Positions 16,219-26,414 of a DNA stretch of 37,504 nucleotides are shown one piece after another; position 1 is the first letter of the stretch, and each line of letters starts with the position of its first letter. This DNA is from a virus (Duplodnaviria; Heunggongvirae; Uroviricota; Caudoviricetes): positions 1 through 37,504 of IMG/VR virus record IMGVR_UViG_2660238580_000001. One strand, given 5' to 3'. Under the pieces are notes generated by a model. The model was not told where the DNA came from. It ran no database searches and was given only the letters and a program-made list of their open reading frames with translations. The translations under genes were made by a program, and so were the position numbers.

Positions 16219-16704
16219 ATGGATTGGAATATGTGGTCTGCTATTGGGGCTTGTGGTTCGGCTATCGCGTCTTTATGGGCGTTGTGTTATGCACGCAAGG
16301 CGTTAAACACATGGAATAGACAAGAGCAATTTAAAGTAAAGTTAGAGTTTAAACGAGCTTTACTTGAGCTGGAGGATGCCTTTGAGGCAATGCCCGATAA
16401 TTGGAATTCCACACAATACAGAATAGCTAGAACAAGAGTTGAACAGCAGTATAATGCTGTTGTTCACCGAGTTGATGATGCAGCACAGCTATATTTCAAG
16501 AAAGAAAACCTTAAATCAGCATACCAGAATGCAGTGAGAGCATGGGTTTTATGTGAAGGGGGGATTAGAGATAAAAGTATACATGCTGAATGGAAACAAC
16601 TCAGGACTGATTATAGTCAATATATTATGACTGGTGGAAATAAAAAGTGCTACTTATCAAAAATAGAAAAAATATATTCTAGAATTGTCGTGTTCATAGA
16701 TTGA
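16219..16704 (+). CDS. Hypothetical membrane-anchored protein (moron between lysis and packaging genes)
   Basis: ATG at 16219 after GGAGG; N-terminal hydrophobic helix (WSAIGACGSAIASLWALCYA) then charged helical region; AT-rich. Confidence 0.6.
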   Translation: MDWNMWSAIGACGSAIASLWALCYARKALNTWNRQEQFKVKLEFKRALLELEDAFEAMPDNWNSTQYRIARTRVEQQYNAVVHRVDDAAQLYFKKENLKSAYQNAVRAWVLCEGGIRDKSIHAEWKQLRTDYSQYIMTGGNKKCYLSKIEKIYSRIVVFID

Positions 16705-16750
16705 TTTTTATATGAGAGAGACAAGTACTCTCTCATTATGGATATTTTAC

Positions 16751-17101
16751 ATGCCACCACGAACCCCAAAAGCCTGCCGCGTTCGCGGCTGCCGCAATAC
16801 CACTACTGATCCGTCAGGCTATTGCGAAAACCACAAAAGCGAGGGCTGGAAGCAATACAAGCCAAGACAATCCCGTCATCAGCGCGGTTATGGTTCTAAG
16901 TGGGATGTTATTCGCGTGCGTGTGCTGCAACGTGACAAAGGCCTGTGTCAGTTATGTCTGCGTGCTGGTGTGGTACGTGAGGCGAAAACCGTTGACCACA
17001 TCATTCCTAAAGCGCATGGCGGCACAGATGCCGACAGCAATCTGCAGAGTCTGTGCTGGCCGTGTCATAAGGCGAAGACGGCCCGTGAACGGCTTAAGTG
17101 A
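16751..17101 (+). CDS. HNH endonuclease (terminase-associated)
   Basis: ATG at 16751; HNH/zinc-finger motifs (CRVRGC ... C..H, DHIIPKAHGG ... CWPCHKAK); directly upstream of the small terminase, as in HK97-like cos phages. Confidence 0.85.
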   Translation: MPPRTPKACRVRGCRNTTTDPSGYCENHKSEGWKQYKPRQSRHQRGYGSKWDVIRVRVLQRDKGLCQLCLRAGVVREAKTVDHIIPKAHGGTDADSNLQSLCWPCHKAKTARERLK

Positions 17102-17127
17102 TAATTATTCTCAACAGCCTGAGGGGA

Positions 17128-17187
17128 GGGGCGGGTCAAATCTCTGTGACCTGACGTCTTCCGGACTGCCCGCCCCATCGTTTTTTT
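17128..17187 (+). other. GC-stem hairpin plus T-tract after the HNH gene (terminator and/or cos-region element)
   Basis: GGGGCGGG (17128-17135) pairs with CCCGCCCC (17169-17176) around a 33-nt loop, followed by TTTTTTT (17181-17187); GGGGCGGGTC resembles the start of the lambda cohesive-end sequence. Confidence 0.35.
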
Positions 17188-17226
17188 ATACCCGCGAAAA
17201 ATGAAATTTAACCAGGAGTGCCGCAT

Positions 17227-17721
17227 ATGGCTGGAACGGCGGGGCGTTCCGGGCGTCGCCCCAAGCCAACGGCGCGCAAGGCGCTGTCCGGAAACCCCGG
17301 CAAGCGAGCCCTGAACAAAGATGAACCTGTTTTTACGCCCATCAAAGGTGTTGAGCCACCGGAGTGGTTCGCTGAAGAAGATCTCCCTCTCGCCACGATC
17401 ATGTGGCAACTGACAACCAAAGAACTCTGCGGTCAGGGCCTGCTGTGCGTGACTGACCTGGCGGTACTTGAGCGGTGGTGCGTGGCCTATGAGTTCTGGC
17501 GACGTGCCGTGAAAAATATTGCCAGACAGGGCAACACCATCACCGGTGCAATGGGCGGTATGGTCAAAAATCCGGAGCTGACCGCCAAAAAAGAACAGGA
17601 GTCCGAGATGAGCAGTACGGGGGCAATGCTCGGACTCGACCCCAGCAGCCGCCAGCGTCTGATTGGCCTGGCGGGGAAGAAGAAAGCCACTAACCCGTTT
17701 CTGAAAATCATCGAATCATGA
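17227..17721 (+). CDS. Terminase small subunit
   Basis: ATG at 17227 after AGGAG; basic N-terminus; immediately upstream of and overlapping the large terminase. Confidence 0.8.
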   Translation: MAGTAGRSGRRPKPTARKALSGNPGKRALNKDEPVFTPIKGVEPPEWFAEEDLPLATIMWQLTTKELCGQGLLCVTDLAVLERWCVAYEFWRRAVKNIARQGNTITGAMGGMVKNPELTAKKEQESEMSSTGAMLGLDPSSRQRLIGLAGKKKATNPFLKIIES

Positions 17722-19451
17722 GCCGGAAATCTTACCCCAACGTAAATGCTGCCAATCAGTATGCCCGGGATGTCGTGCGCGGAAAGATTGTGGCCTGCCA
17801 GTTTGTGATTCAGGCCTGCCAGCGCCATCTTGATGACCTGATGGCGGAAAAAAGTAAGTCGTTTCGTTACCGCTTCGACAAGGACCTGGCTGAACGGGCC
17901 GCCAAATTTATTCAGCTGTTGCCGCACACCAAGGGTGAGTGGGCATTTAAGAGGATGCCCATCACGCTGGAGCCGTGGCAGCTCTTTGTGATCTGTTGCG
18001 CGTTTGGCTGGGTCAATAAAGGCTCCCGGCTGCGCCGCTTCCGGGAGGTGTATACCGAAATCCCCCGTAAGAACGGCAAATCGGCAATCTCTGCCGGTGT
18101 CGCCCTGTATTGTTTTGCCTGTGATAACGAGTTCGGCGCGGAAGTGTATTCCGGTGCCACGACGGAGAAACAGGCATGGGAAGTCTTTCGTCCGGCAAGA
18201 CTGATGTGTAAACGCACACCCATGCTGACGGAAGCGTTCGGGATTGAGGTTAACGCCTCAAACATGAACCGTCCGGAGGATGGTGCGCGTTTTGAACCGC
18301 TGATCGGTAACCCCGGTGATGGTTCATCACCCCACTGTGCGGTGGTGGATGAATATCACGAGCACGCCACAGATGCGCTTTACACCACGATGCTTACCGG
18401 GATGGGGGCGCGACGTCAGCCACTGATGTGGGCTATCACTACCGCCGGGTACAACATTGAGGGGCCGTGCTACGACAAACGGCGGGAAGTCATCGAGATG
18501 CTCAACGGCTCGGTGCCTAACGATGAACTGTTCGGGATCATCTATACCGTTGATGAAGGTGACGACTGGACCGACCCGCAGGTGCTGGAAAAAGCCAATC
18601 CAAATATTGGCGTGTCGGTTTATCGCGAATTTTTGTTAAGTCAGCAGCAGCGTGCGAAAAATAACGCCCGTCTGGCAAACGTCTTTAAAACAAAACACCT
18701 CAATATCTGGGTGTCGGCGCGTTCGGCGTATTTCAACCTGGTGAGCTGGCAGAGCTGCGAGGATAAATCACTGACCCTTGAGCAGTTCGAGGGGCAGCCG
18801 TGCATTCTGGCCTTTGACCTGGCGCGTAAGCTGGATATGAACAGCATGGCGCGACTTTATACCCGCGAGATTGACGGTAAAACGCATTACTACAGTGTGG
18901 CCCCGCGTTTCTGGGTACCGTATGACACGGTGTACAGCGTCGAGAAAAATGAAGATCGACGGACAGCCGAACGCTTTCAGAAATGGGTGGAAATGGGCGT
19001 TCTGACCGTTACCGATGGTGCGGAGGTGGATTATCGCTACATCCTCGAGGAGGCCAAAGCGGCGAACAAAATCAGCCCGGTCAGTGAGTCACCCATCGAC
19101 CCCTTCGGGGCGACCGGGTTGTCACATGACCTTGCTGATGAAGACCTGAACCCCATCACTATCATTCAGAACTACACCAACATGTCCGACCCGATGAAAG
19201 AGCTGGAAGCGGCAATTGAATCGGGGCGCTTTCATCATGATGGCAATCCCATCATGACCTGGTGTATCGGCAACGTGGTCGGCAAAACCATTCCGGGTAA
19301 CGATGATGTGGTGAAGCCCGTCAAAGAGCAGGCGGAAAACAAAATCGATGGTGCAGTTGCGCTGATTATGGCGGTTGGCAGAGCCATGCTGTACGAGAAA
19401 GAAGACACGCTGTCTGACCACATTGAGTCCTATGGGATCCGCTCGCTTTAA
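17718..19451 (+). CDS. Terminase large subunit
   Basis: 577 aa; ATPase and nuclease domain organisation typical of large terminases; gene order terS-terL-portal. Confidence 0.93.
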
Positions 19452-19462
19452 CTGAGGTAATT

Positions 19463-19645
19463 ATGATCATGCTGATTCTCGCGCCTCTGGTGGGCGTGCT
19501 GGGGGCGCTTTTGCTGGCGTATGGTGCCTGGCTGATTTATCCCCCGGCGGGGTTTGTTGTTGCCGGGGCGTTGTGCCTGTTCTGGTCGTGGCTGGTGGCG
19601 CGATATCTCGACCGTACACAGTCGTCTGTCGGCGGAGGTAAATAG
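19463..19645 (+). CDS. Small hydrophobic protein (60 aa)
   Basis: ATG at 19463 after GAGG; two predicted TM segments; between terminase and portal. Confidence 0.4.
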
Positions 19646-20886
19646 TGTTCTTTTCGGGATTATTTCAACGAAAAAGTGACGCACCGGTGACCACGCCAGC
19701 AGAGCTGGCGGATGCTATCGGGTTGTCCTACGACACCTATACCGGAAAGCAGATCAGCAGCCAGCGGGCCATGCGACTGACGGCGGTTTTTTCCTGTGTC
19801 AGGGTGCTGGCGGAGTCGGTCGGGATGTTGCCCTGCAACCTGTATCACCTGAACGGCAGCCTGAAGCAGAGAGCCACTGGCGAACGTCTGCATAAGCTGA
19901 TCTCCACGCATCCCAATGGCTATATGACGCCGCAGGAGTTCTGGGAGCTGGTGGTCACCTGTCTGTGCCTGCGGGGAAACTTTTACGCCTACAAAGTGAA
20001 AGCATTTGGCGAAGTGGCTGAACTGCTGCCCGTCGATCCCGGCAGTGTGGTACCGAAGCTTAACAGTCGCTGGGAGCCGGTCTATCAGGTCACATTCCCG
20101 GATGGCTCCACGGATGTACTGAGCCAGGAGGATATCTGGCATGTGCGCACGCTGACGCTGGACGGACTGGTGGGGCTGAATCCCATCGCCTATGCCCGCG
20201 AGGCAATATCGCTGGCGGCAGCGACCGAAGAGCACGGGGCCAGACTGTTCAGCAATGGCGCGGTGACGTCGGGTGTGTTGCGTACAGAGCAGACGCTGTC
20301 AGATCAGGCTTATGAGCGCCTGAAGAAAGATTTTGAGGAGCGTCACACCGGGCTTGGCAATGCTCACCGCCCGATGATCCTTGAGATGGGGCTGGACTGG
20401 AAGTCGATGGCGCTGAACGCCGAGGACAGCCAGTTCCTGGAAACCCGCAAGTTTCAGCTTGAAGAAATCTGTCGTCTGTTCCGGGTGCCGTTGCACATGG
20501 TGCAGAACACCGATCGCGCCACCTTCAACAATATCGAAGAGCTGGGGCTGGGATTTATCAACTATTCACTGGTGCCGTATCTGACCCGCATCGAACAGCG
20601 GATCAACACCGGACTGGTACGAAAAAGTAAGCAGGGCGTTTATTACGCCAAATTTAACGCCGGGGCGTTACTGCGCGGGGATATGAAGTCCCGTTTTGAA
20701 GCCTACGCCACCGGGATCAACTGGGGAATTTACTCTCCCAATGACTGCCGCAACCTGGAAGATATGAATCCGCGTCCCGGTGGTGATGTCTATCTCACAC
20801 CGATGAACATGACCACGAAACCCTCCGATGGCAGTAAAGCCGGTAAGCAGAAGGATAACGCCAATGCAGACGAAACAACGTCTTGA
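19645..20886 (+). CDS. Portal protein (HK97 family)
   Basis: 413 aa; position after terL and before the prohead protease; HK97-type portal by gene order and sequence character. Confidence 0.9.
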   Translation: MFFSGLFQRKSDAPVTTPAELADAIGLSYDTYTGKQISSQRAMRLTAVFSCVRVLAESVGMLPCNLYHLNGSLKQRATGERLHKLISTHPNGYMTPQEFWELVVTCLCLRGNFYAYKVKAFGEVAELLPVDPGSVVPKLNSRWEPVYQVTFPDGSTDVLSQEDIWHVRTLTLDGLVGLNPIAYAREAISLAAATEEHGARLFSNGAVTSGVLRTEQTLSDQAYERLKKDFEERHTGLGNAHRPMILEMGLDWKSMALNAEDSQFLETRKFQLEEICRLFRVPLHMVQNTDRATFNNIEELGLGFINYSLVPYLTRIEQRINTGLVRKSKQGVYYAKFNAGALLRGDMKSRFEAYATGINWGIYSPNDCRNLEDMNPRPGGDVYLTPMNMTTKPSDGSKAGKQKDNANADETTS

Positions 20887-21514
20887 TGTACCGCTGAGTC
20901 TGAAATCTGTCAGTGACTCCGGTGAGTTTGAAGGGTATGGCTCCGTCTTTGGTGTAAAGGACAGCCACGATGATGTGGTGATGTCCGGGGCATTTGCTGC
21001 TTCCCTGCGGGCGTGGAGTGACAGAAAAGCGTTACCTGCGCTGCTCTGGCAGCACCGCATGGATGAACCCATCGGTGTTTACACCGAAATGAAGGAAGAC
21101 GATGTCGGGCTTTACGTCAGGGGACGGTTGCTTATTGATGATGATCCCCTCGCAAAACGCGCACATGCACACATGAAGGCCGGTTCGTTAACCGGCCTTT
21201 CTATTGGGTACGTCCTGAAAGACTGGGAATACGACCGGAGCAAAGAAGCCTTTCTGCTGAAAGAAATCGACCTCTGGGAAGTCAGCCTGGTGACGTTCCC
21301 GTCTAACGACGAGGCGCGGATCAGCGACGTCAAGAACGCACTGGCCCGCGGGGAAATCCCCGAACAGAAAAAAATCGAAAGAGTCCTGCGTGATGTCGGA
21401 CTCTCCCGTACCCAGGCCAAAGCATTCATGGCCGGGGGCTATGGCGCACTGTCCCTGCGCGACGCTGAGGATGTGAGCTCTGCACTGAATGCACTGAAAA
21501 ATCTGAACTTCTAA
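20864..21514 (+). CDS. Prohead protease (HK97 family)
   Basis: ATG at 20864 after AAGGA; lies between portal and major capsid; track ORF starts further upstream at 20828. Confidence 0.88.
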   Translation: MQTKQRLDVPLSLKSVSDSGEFEGYGSVFGVKDSHDDVVMSGAFAASLRAWSDRKALPALLWQHRMDEPIGVYTEMKEDDVGLYVRGRLLIDDDPLAKRAHAHMKAGSLTGLSIGYVLKDWEYDRSKEAFLLKEIDLWEVSLVTFPSNDEARISDVKNALARGEIPEQKKIERVLRDVGLSRTQAKAFMAGGYGALSLRDAEDVSSALNALKNLNF

Positions 21515-21528
21515 TCAGGAGAAATACG

Positions 21529-22734
21529 ATGGCGGTAGATATTAAAGATGTCGAACAGGTCGCGCAGGAACTGCAGCAGAAGTTTGACGACTTCAAAGCA
21601 AAGAACGACAAGCGCGTGGATGCGATTGAGCAGGAAAAAGGCAAACTTGCCGGGCAGGTGGAAACCCTGAACGGGAAACTCAGCGAGCTGGAAAATCTCA
21701 AAAGCGACCTTGAAAAAGAGCTGCTTGAGCTGAAACGTCCGGCAGGTGGTGCGCAAAATAAACTGGCCACAGAGCACAAAGAGGCGTTTGTGGGCTTCCT
21801 GCGTAAAGGCCGTGAAGACGGTCTGCGCGATCTGGAGCGCAAGGCATTGCAGGTGGGCACCGATGAAGACGGTGGCTATGCCGTGCCGGAAGCACTGGAT
21901 CGCAACATTCTCACCCTGCTGAAAGATGAAGTGGTGATGCGCCAGGAAGCCACGGTAATCACTGTTGGCGGTTCCGACTACAAAAAACTGGTGAATCTGG
22001 GCGGCACGGCTTCCGGATGGGTTGGCGAGACTGATGCACGTTCCCAGACCGCCACCTCAAAACTGGGACTGATTGAACCTTTCATGGGGGAAATCTACGG
22101 CAACCCGCAGGCTACCCAGAAAATGCTGGACGATGCCTTCTTCAACGTGGAGGCCTGGATCAACAGCGAGCTGGCAACCGAATTTGCCGAACAGGAAGAA
22201 ATTGCCTTTACCTCAGGCGATGGCACCAAGAAGCCGAAAGGGTTCCTGGCGTATGAATCCACTGATGAAACCGATAAGGTCCGGGCGTTCGGCAAACTTC
22301 AGCATATTGTATCCGGCGAAGCGACTGCGGTGACCGCAGACGCCATTATCAAACTGATTTACACGCTGCGTAAGGCACACCGCACTGGCGCGAAGTTCAT
22401 GATGAACAACAACAGCCTGTTTGCCATCCGTCTGCTGAAAGACAGCGAGGGTAACTATCTGTGGCGTCCGGGGCTGGAGCTGGGGCAGCCGTCCTCTCTG
22501 GCGGGTTACGGTATCGCTGAAAACGAACAGATGCCGGATATCGCAGCTGATGCGAAAGCCATTGCATTTGGTAACTTCAAACGGGGTTACACCATCGTTG
22601 ACCGTATCGGCACCCGCATTCTGCGTGACCCGTACACCAATAAACCGTTTGTCGGTTTTTATACCACCAAGCGCACCGGCGGGATGCTGGTCGATTCGCA
22701 GGCCATCAAACTGCTGAAGATTGCAGAGGCGTAA
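21529..22734 (+). CDS. Major capsid protein (HK97 fold) with N-terminal coiled-coil delta domain
   Basis: 401 aa; N-terminal coiled coil (QELQQKFDDFKAKNDKRVDAIEQEKGKLAGQVETLNGKLSELENLKSDLEKELLELK) then capsid body. Confidence 0.93.
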   Translation: MAVDIKDVEQVAQELQQKFDDFKAKNDKRVDAIEQEKGKLAGQVETLNGKLSELENLKSDLEKELLELKRPAGGAQNKLATEHKEAFVGFLRKGREDGLRDLERKALQVGTDEDGGYAVPEALDRNILTLLKDEVVMRQEATVITVGGSDYKKLVNLGGTASGWVGETDARSQTATSKLGLIEPFMGEIYGNPQATQKMLDDAFFNVEAWINSELATEFAEQEEIAFTSGDGTKKPKGFLAYESTDETDKVRAFGKLQHIVSGEATAVTADAIIKLIYTLRKAHRTGAKFMMNNNSLFAIRLLKDSEGNYLWRPGLELGQPSSLAGYGIAENEQMPDIAADAKAIAFGNFKRGYTIVDRIGTRILRDPYTNKPFVGFYTTKRTGGMLVDSQAIKLLKIAEA

Positions 22735-22742
22735 TCATTCAT

Positions 22743-22760
22743 GGGCGCGGAACCGCGCCC
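22743..22760 (+). other. GC hairpin immediately after the capsid gene
   Basis: GGGCGCGG-aa-CCGCGCCC right after the capsid stop; no strong U-tract. Confidence 0.3.
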
Positions 22761-22783
22761 CCTGTTCTGACGGGTGAAGAATC

Positions 22784-22984
22784 ATGATCCTGAAACAAGA
22801 TCTGAAATGGTCACCGGACGGTATGCGTGTTGAGGTCATTCGGGCCGGTGAGTATGACGACGGGGCGCTTCCTGCCCGTGTGCAGGAGATTGCACTTCAG
22901 GCCGGGTTAGCAGAGCGCGGAATCAGTGCAAAAAGCAGTAAAGCGGCAAAAGAGAAAAAAGCCACGACCAGTAAAGAGGGCTGA
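22784..22984 (+). CDS. Hypothetical small head-module protein (66 aa)
   Basis: ORF between capsid and connector genes with a plausible RBS; no family recognised. Confidence 0.4.
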   Translation: MILKQDLKWSPDGMRVEVIRAGEYDDGALPARVQEIALQAGLAERGISAKSSKAAKEKKATTSKEG

Positions 22985-22986
22985 GC

Positions 22987-23310
22987 ATGCTTCTGACAAT
23001 GGAAGAGATTAAAGCCCAACTCCGGCTGGATGAGGATTTCGATACTGATGACCGCCATCTGCAACTGCTGGCCTGTGCGGCACAAAAGCGGACGGAAACG
23101 TATCTGAACCGGACGCTCTATGCACCGGATGAAACCATTCCGGACAGCGATCCGGACGGTCTGCACCTGCCGGATGATATTCGTCTGGGGATGCTGATGC
23201 TTATCAGCCATTTTTACGAAAACCGCTCGTCGGTTACGGAAGTGGAGAAACTCGACATGCCGCAGAGTTTTGGCTGGCTTGTTGGCCCGTACCGGTACTT
23301 TCCGCAATGA
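22987..23310 (+). CDS. Head-tail connector protein (gp6-like)
   Basis: 107 aa, acidic; position immediately after the capsid region. Confidence 0.7.
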   Translation: MLLTMEEIKAQLRLDEDFDTDDRHLQLLACAAQKRTETYLNRTLYAPDETIPDSDPDGLHLPDDIRLGMLMLISHFYENRSSVTEVEKLDMPQSFGWLVGPYRYFPQ

Positions 23311-23717
23311 AAATTCGTCAGGCGCAGACCAGCGCAACCTACATTCTGCCGGACCCCGGCGAACTGAATAAACGCGTCCTGATCCGCCAGCGGGTGGATA
23401 TGCCCGCGGATAACTTTGGCGTGGAGCCTCAATACCCGGTTACGTTCCGGACATGGGCGAAGGTTATCCAGACCAGTGCCACCACCTGGCAGGAAACCGC
23501 GCAGACCGGGGACGCCATCACCCATTACATCACCATTCGTTACCGCCGGGGGATCACCGCTGATTATGAGGTGGTCTGCGGTGACAGTGTGTACCGGGTG
23601 AAACGTCAGCGCGATCTGAACGGGGCGCGGCGCTTTCTGCTGCTGGAGTGTACGGAGCTGGGCGAGTTTACGCAGAGTCACGGAGGCAGCAATGGCGACT
23701 CCCTTTTTTCACGTTGA
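23307..23717 (+). CDS. Head closure / head-tail adaptor protein
   Basis: 136 aa; start overlaps the upstream stop; conserved position in HK97-like head modules. Confidence 0.65.
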   Translation: MKIRQAQTSATYILPDPGELNKRVLIRQRVDMPADNFGVEPQYPVTFRTWAKVIQTSATTWQETAQTGDAITHYITIRYRRGITADYEVVCGDSVYRVKRQRDLNGARRFLLLECTELGEFTQSHGGSNGDSLFSR

Positions 23718-24198
23718 TGTTCAGCAGCCCGCGGAAATGCGCTTTAACCGCGCCCGTGTCCGGCGGGCGTTTATCACGATTGGGCAGCGTCATATGCGTG
23801 ATGCCCGTCGGCTGGTGATGCGCCGTGCGCGGTCGGCACCGGGTGAAAACCCCGGTTATCAGACCGGACGCTTGGCTCGTTCGATTGGTTACATGGTGCC
23901 GAGAGCCAGTAAAAAGCGAGCCGGTTTTATGACACGCATTGCCCCTAACCAGCACAACGGGAAGGGGAACCGGATGATCTCTGGTGACTTCTATCCGGCG
24001 TTTCTGTTTTTTGGTGTCCGGGGAGGAGCAAAACGTCGTCGTAGTCATCATCGTGGTGCATCCGGTGGCAGCGGCTGGCGACTGGCTCCACGTAATAATT
24101 TCATGGTGGAAACTCTTGAAAAGAACCGCAGCTGGACACGCTATTTTCTGGCGCGGGAATTGCGTAAATCACTGAAGCCGGAGCGACGACACAGATGA
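23692..24198 (+). CDS. HK97 gp10-like neck protein
   Basis: 168 aa, basic; conserved position after the head closure gene. Confidence 0.6.
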   Translation: MATPFFHVDVQQPAEMRFNRARVRRAFITIGQRHMRDARRLVMRRARSAPGENPGYQTGRLARSIGYMVPRASKKRAGFMTRIAPNQHNGKGNRMISGDFYPAFLFFGVRGGAKRRRSHHRGASGGSGWRLAPRNNFMVETLEKNRSWTRYFLARELRKSLKPERRHR

Positions 24199-24755
24199 AA
24201 CTGACTCCTGTTATTGCTGCGCTGCGTGCCCGCTGTCCGTATTTTGAAAACCGGGTGGCAGGCGCGGCCCAGTTCAAAAATCTGCCGGAGGTCGGAAAGC
24301 TGAAGCTCCCGGCGGCATATGTGGTACCGGGTGATGACTCTCCGGGAGAAAACAAAAGCCAGACCGACTACTGGCAGGAGCTGAAAGAGGGCTTCTCCGT
24401 GGTTGTCATACTGAGTAACGGGCGTGATGAGCGCGGTCAGTTTGCCTCGTATGATGTGGTGGACGATGTCCGGCAGATGCTCTTTAAGGCTCTGCTGGGC
24501 TGGAACCCGGAAGCGTGTGGTAACCCGATTACCTATGACGGCGGCACGCTGCTGGATCTGAATCGTCATGAGCTGATTTATCAGTTCGATTTTTCGGTCA
24601 TCAGCGAGCTGACCGAAGACGATACCCGCCAGCAGGATGACCTGAACAGTCTGGATGAACTGCGAACGCTGGCGATTGATGTTGATTATCTCGATCCCGG
24701 TAACGGGCCTGACGGCGATATCGAACATCACACCGAAATACCCCTTCCTTCCTGA
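24195..24755 (+). CDS. Tail completion / tail terminator-like protein
   Basis: 186 aa, acidic; between the neck genes and the sheath gene; family not confirmed. Confidence 0.5.
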   Translation: MKLTPVIAALRARCPYFENRVAGAAQFKNLPEVGKLKLPAAYVVPGDDSPGENKSQTDYWQELKEGFSVVVILSNGRDERGQFASYDVVDDVRQMLFKALLGWNPEACGNPITYDGGTLLDLNRHELIYQFDFSVISELTEDDTRQQDDLNSLDELRTLAIDVDYLDPGNGPDGDIEHHTEIPLPS

Positions 24756-24763
24756 GGATCATC

Positions 24764-24934
24764 ATGTTTGTGAAACCTGTTAAAGGGCGGTCAGTGCCTG
24801 ACCCTGCCCACGGCGACCTTTTGCCCGCCGAAGGGCGAAATGTTGATGAGAACAACTACTGGCTGCGCCGTGAAGCAGCGGGTGATATCCGGCGCGTGAA
24901 TAAAAAGGTGAACACCGATGACGATAAGCTTTAA
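24764..24934 (+). CDS. Small protein (56 aa) preceding the sheath gene
   Basis: ATG at 24764 after GAGGA; ORF overlaps the sheath start by 17 nt; below the track length cut-off. Confidence 0.4.
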   Translation: MFVKPVKGRSVPDPAHGDLLPAEGRNVDENNYWLRREAAGDIRRVNKKVNTDDDKL

Positions 24935-26414
24935 CACCATTCCGTCGAATACGCTGGTTCCGCTGTTTTATGCGGAAATGGATAACCAGGCTGCGAATAC
25001 TGCACAGGACAGCGGAGCATCGCTGCTGATTGGTCATGCCAATAACGGTGCAGAGATTGTTGCCAACAGTCTGGTGCTGATGCCGTCGGCAGACTATGCA
25101 CGCCAGATTTGTGGTGCGGGAAGTCAGCTGGCGCGTATGGTCGAGGCTTATCGCCAGACCGACCCGTTTGGTGAGCTGTATGTGATTGCCGTTCCGGAAG
25201 CCACAGGCGCGGCGGCAACGGTTACGCTGACGGTGACCGGGGCGGCAACCGAAACCGGCACGGTGAATGTCTATGTGGGACGTACCCGCGTGCAGGCTCC
25301 GGTGACCAACGGCGATAACGTCACGACGATTGCCAGCAGTATCAAAGATGCCATCAATGCCGTTCCGACTCTGCCGTTTACAGCTTCATCTTCGGCTGGC
25401 GTGGTCACACTGACCGCGCGTCATAAGGGGCTTTGCGGGAATGAAATTCCTGTCAGCCTCAATTACTACGGCTTCGGTGGGGGCGAAGTGCTGCCAGCGG
25501 GCGTACAGATTGCCGTGGCGACGGGGAACGCCGGAACGGGCGCTCCTGTTCTCACCGGCGCGGTGGCTGCAATGGCGGATGAGCCGTTTGATTATATCGG
25601 CCTGCCGTTCAACGACACGGCCTCCGTTAACACGCTGGTGACCGAGATGAACGATACCAGCGGTCGCTGGAGCTATGCGCGTCAGCTGTATGGTCATGTG
25701 TATACGGCAAAGATCGGCACGCTGTCAGAACTGGTGACCGCAGGTGACCAGTTTAACCAGCAGCACATTACCCTGGCGGGGTACGAAAAAGACACCCAGA
25801 CGCCTGCCGACGAGCTGGCGGCAAGCCGTACCGCCCGCGCAGCGGTGTTTATCCGCAACGATCCGGCACGTCCCACGCAGACCGGTGAGCTGGTGGGTAT
25901 GCTGCCTGCGCCGAAGGGGAAACGGTTCACGATGACCGAGCAGCAGACCCTGCTGTCTCATGGCGTGGCAACGGCGTATGTCGAAAGCGGGGTGCTGCGC
26001 ATTCAGCGTGATGTCACCACGTACAGGAAAAATGCTTACGGGATTGCGGATAACAGCTACCTCGACAGCGAGACGCTGCATACCAGTGCGTATGTACTGC
26101 GCAAACTGAAATCCGTCATTACCAGTAAGTACGGGCGTCACAAGCTTGCCAGCGACGGTACCCGCTTTGGTCCCGGTCAGGCGATTGTCACCCCGGCGGT
26201 AATCAAAGGGGAACTGCTGGCAACCTACCGTCAGCTTGAGCGTGCGGGGATCGTGGAAAACTACGAACTGTTTAAGCAGTACCTGGTTGTGGAGCGTGAT
26301 GCCAGCGATCCGAACCGCCTGAACACGCTGTTCCCACCTGACTATGTTAACCAGTTGCGTGTTTTTGCCGTGGTTAACCAGTTCCGTCTTCAGTATTCAG
26401 AGGAGTCTGCATAA
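24918..26414 (+). CDS. Contractile tail sheath protein (Mu gpL-like)
   Basis: 498 aa; immediately followed by a tube protein gene, the canonical sheath-tube pair of myovirus tails. Confidence 0.9.
   Translation: MTISFNTIPSNTLVPLFYAEMDNQAANTAQDSGASLLIGHANNGAEIVANSLVLMPSADYARQICGAGSQLARMVEAYRQTDPFGELYVIAVPEATGAAATVTLTVTGAATETGTVNVYVGRTRVQAPVTNGDNVTTIASSIKDAINAVPTLPFTASSSAGVVTLTARHKGLCGNEIPVSLNYYGFGGGEVLPAGVQIAVATGNAGTGAPVLTGAVAAMADEPFDYIGLPFNDTASVNTLVTEMNDTSGRWSYARQLYGHVYTAKIGTLSELVTAGDQFNQQHITLAGYEKDTQTPADELAASRTARAAVFIRNDPARPTQTGELVGMLPAPKGKRFTMTEQQTLLSHGVATAYVESGVLRIQRDVTTYRKNAYGIADNSYLDSETLHTSAYVLRKLKSVITSKYGRHKLASDGTRFGPGQAIVTPAVIKGELLATYRQLERAGIVENYELFKQYLVVERDASDPNRLNTLFPPDYVNQLRVFAVVNQFRLQYSEESA

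Noticed and set aside
17487-26141. Numerous antisense or alternative-frame ORFs within structural genes (e.g. 17487..17927 -, 19660..20235 -, 21426..21860 -, 22897..23337 -, 24141..24731 -, 25725..26141 -)
   Set aside because: All lie inside or opposite strongly supported structural genes in GC-rich DNA where long chance ORFs are common; products are Arg/Pro/Ser-rich.
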